A DNA stretch of 64,000 bases from an uncultured Nitrososphaerota archaeon (GTDB lineage Archaea > Thermoproteota > Nitrososphaeria > Nitrososphaerales > Gagatemarchaeaceae): the NCBI GenBank assembly GCA_963838925.1, contig CAWISW010000002.1, forward strand, positions 288,001-352,000, in the 5' to 3' direction. Under the pieces are notes generated by a model that saw only the letters and a program-made list of their open reading frames with translations, had not been told where the DNA came from and made no database searches. Position 1 is the stretch's first letter, and each line of letters starts with the position of its first letter. Shown piece after piece: positions 61,957 through 64,000 of the stretch. The translations under genes and the position numbers were made by a program.

Positions 61957-62883
61957 TTGGAGTTCAAGCTGAACCTGTCTACCATCCCCTTCGACCTCGG
62001 GCACACGCTCGACAGCGGGCAGGCCTTCAGGTGGGAGCTGAGGGGGGAGTGGTGGTGCGGGGTCCTTGCGGGCGGCGCCATCAAGGTGAAGCAGGAGGAG
62101 TCCTCCCTGGTGTGCGTCACCAGCAGCGAGCACCTCCTGCCGCGGGCGGTGCACGAGTATTTCCGCCTGGACGACAGCCTCGAGCGGATATACTCCAAGA
62201 TAATGAAGGACGACCACATCACGCAGGCGATCCAGCGATACTACGGCCTTCGCCTCGTCAACCAGGACGCTTGGGAGTGCCTCGTCTCCTTCGTCATCGC
62301 GACGAACACCAACATCCCGCGGATCAAGCTGATGATCTCGAGGCTCTGCGAGAAGTTCGGGGAGAAGGCGACCTTCGACGGCAACGAGTACTCCCAGTTC
62401 CCCACGGCAGAGGCGCTTGCCCAGGCCACCCTCGAGGAGCTGGTCGAGTGCGGCCTCGGCTACCGGGCGCGCTTCGTGAGGGCGGTCGCTCAGCGGGTCA
62501 GCTCGGGCAGCGTGAGCCTCGACGAGCTCAAGCTCCTCGAGTACGAGCGAGCAAGAGAGCTGCTGACGCAGAGGATACTGGGCGAGAAGACCCTCCTCGG
62601 CATAGGGCGGAAAGCGGCGGACTGCATCCTCCTCTTCTCGTGCGGCAAGGACTCGTCCTTCCCCATCGACGTCTGGATGGCGCGCGTCCTGTCGAAATAC
62701 TACCCGGCGCTCTTCGACAAGGCCATTGCGAGGCAGCTGGACTCCCATGTCTCGAAGGTTACGAGGCTCTCAGGAGCAGCCTACGAGTCCATCTCCGCCT
62801 CGATGAGGGAGTACTTCGGCGAATACGCGGGCTACGCGCAGCAGTATCTCTTCCACGACGCCCGGAAGAGCAAGCTCGCCTAG
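61957..62883 (+). CDS. 8-oxoguanine DNA glycosylase (OGG1-like, HhH-GPD)
   Basis: TL.SGQ.FRW, GLRL..QD.WECLVSF, FPT.E.L, GLGYRA, GIG.KAADC..LF, FPID.W, AGYAQQYLF. Confidence 0.92.
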   Translation: MEFKLNLSTIPFDLGHTLDSGQAFRWELRGEWWCGVLAGGAIKVKQEESSLVCVTSSEHLLPRAVHEYFRLDDSLERIYSKIMKDDHITQAIQRYYGLRLVNQDAWECLVSFVIATNTNIPRIKLMISRLCEKFGEKATFDGNEYSQFPTAEALAQATLEELVECGLGYRARFVRAVAQRVSSGSVSLDELKLLEYERARELLTQRILGEKTLLGIGRKAADCILLFSCGKDSSFPIDVWMARVLSKYYPALFDKAIARQLDSHVSKVTRLSGAAYESISASMREYFGEYAGYAQQYLFHDARKSKLA

Positions 62884-62893
62884 GGACGGCGCA

Positions 62894-63367
62894 CTACTTC
62901 TTCTTGCCCGCCACGACGGCGACGGGCTTCTCCATCGGCTCTCGAGGCGCCGCAGGCGCGGGGCTCTTGAACCAGCGCTTCAGCATCTCGACGTTCGCCT
63001 CGACGACGCTCCTGCGCCTGATGTCTAGGGAGAGGTCTCCTCGCCTCGCACCGTTCACGGGGACTCCCGCCGATTCGAGCTCGCCGAAGGAGAACCCCCT
63101 AGCGGCCCTTTCGTATGGAGAACCAGAATCTGTGTCCCTCACTGCGACCGTCGCATGGGGCGGCGGCCCGAGCTTCACACGCTCGACCTTGACTGCCGCC
63201 TTGGTAGGAGCTTCCTTCTTCTCCTCCGCCTTCTTAACCCTTGAGGCGGCCTTCTTTGGCTTCTCCTCTTCTGCGGGTGCCTCCTTGGCGACCTTCTTCG
63301 TCTTAGTCACTTTGGCCTTTGCCTTCTTAGTGGAAGACGCGGCCTTTTTCTTGGTAGATGCGCTCAT
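62894..63367 (-). CDS. rpl13e: Ribosomal protein L13e with long Lys/Ala/Glu-rich N-terminal extension
   Basis: R.ARGFSFGEL..AG......R......D.RRRS....NV..L core in the C-terminal half. Confidence 0.85.
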   Translation of the reverse strand: MSASTKKKAASSTKKAKAKVTKTKKVAKEAPAEEEKPKKAASRVKKAEEKKEAPTKAAVKVERVKLGPPPHATVAVRDTDSGSPYERAARGFSFGELESAGVPVNGARRGDLSLDIRRRSVVEANVEMLKRWFKSPAPAAPREPMEKPVAVVAGKKK

Positions 63368-63369
63368 GG

Positions 63370-63825
63370 TTACTGCTTCCTGATCCTGCTGCCCCTGTAG
63401 ACTAGTATCGCGCCCAGCACGGCTAGCACGACCCCGCCCCCGATGACCAGGGTGCTGTTCACGACGATGAACCCGGGCACCGCAAGTGCGGACACGCCGA
63501 GCACGATGAGGGCTATCCCGAAGGCGAACTCCCCGCCGCTGCTCATCCAGACGGGGCTGTACGTCCTGCCGGACTTCACGGTCTCCCCGACGGGCGCCGT
63601 GGTCCTGCGTCCAGGCAGGCCGCCCTTCAGTATCCCTATGGGGATGAACATGACGCCGAAGATGAGTAGGATTCCCGCGGTCCCTTGCATCGCGTTGTTC
63701 TCAGGACTGGGGATGATGCAGTAGCACGAGTCCCCTGCCGGGGTCTTCGCCCCGTTGAAGAGGACTATCCCGGACAGACCGATCAGCGTGAGGACGAAGG
63801 CGAGGATGATGTACTCTGAATCCAA
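63370..63825 (-). CDS. Hypothetical 4-TM membrane protein
   Basis: 151 aa, four hydrophobic segments, CYC in the first loop; ends 2 nt before the rpl13e start; CTTAAG box upstream. Confidence 0.7.
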   Translation of the reverse strand: MDSEYIILAFVLTLIGLSGIVLFNGAKTPAGDSCYCIIPSPENNAMQGTAGILLIFGVMFIPIGILKGGLPGRRTTAPVGETVKSGRTYSPVWMSSGGEFAFGIALIVLGVSALAVPGFIVVNSTLVIGGGVVLAVLGAILVYRGSRIRKQ

Positions 63826-63958
63826 ACTTGCCCGAGCACACGTGCTCGATACGTTTCTTAAGCGTTTCGTGACCGGGGGCGCGAATCCGTCATTCCCCCA
63901 ATCGGCGGGCCAGCTCTCGAAGAGGTTATATCCCCCGCACAGTTTTTCGGCGCTCGGT

Positions 63959-64000
63959 CCCGCGGTAGCTCAGCCTGGTAGATCCCAAAAAGGAACCAAA
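63959..64000 (+). tRNA. 5' portion of a tRNA, probably tRNA-Tyr, interrupted in the D-arm (truncated by window)
   Basis: CCCGCGG-TA-GCTC-AGCCTGGTA-GA then non-tRNA sequence; C1 start is typical of archaeal tRNA-Tyr; TTATAT box at 63926-63931; anticodon not visible. Confidence 0.7.

Overview
GC-rich archaeal chromosome segment. Unsplit Rpo1 (A'+A'') and Rpo2, L30e, L13e, aEF-1alpha, TATA-box promoters and a C1-type tRNA-Tyr point to a TACK lineage, probably a non-ammonia-oxidising Nitrososphaerota/Thaumarchaeota relative (inference). 1-8.7 kb is an accessory region downstream of tRNA-Leu(TAG): a MoCo oxidoreductase, ArsR- and PadR-type regulator modules with palindromic operators, an S9 peptidase, a decayed VirB4-like fragment, and FTR1 and VIT1 metal transporters separated by degenerate copies of the tRNA 3' end. 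Next come cystathionine beta-synthase/gamma-lyase, an Lrp-type gene with kdpABC, aconitase, the rpo5-rpo2-rpo1-L30e-nusA-S12-S7 operon, EF-1alpha, a membrane-anchored sedolisin, a cupredoxin, several small Cys-rich ORFs missing from the ORF track, hisC, TetR, Lhr helicase and GGT. The right part holds a translationally coupled four-gene operon of three MetE-fold proteins (one fused to a DUF4346-like domain) plus a divergent MTHFR, then guaB-guaA-adenosine deaminase, SOD, OGG1, L13e and the 5' part of a probably intron-containing tRNA-Tyr. The two strongest leads are the tRNA-anchored att-like cassette array and the triple-MetE/MTHFR operon. All family assignments are by motif recognition; no searches were run.
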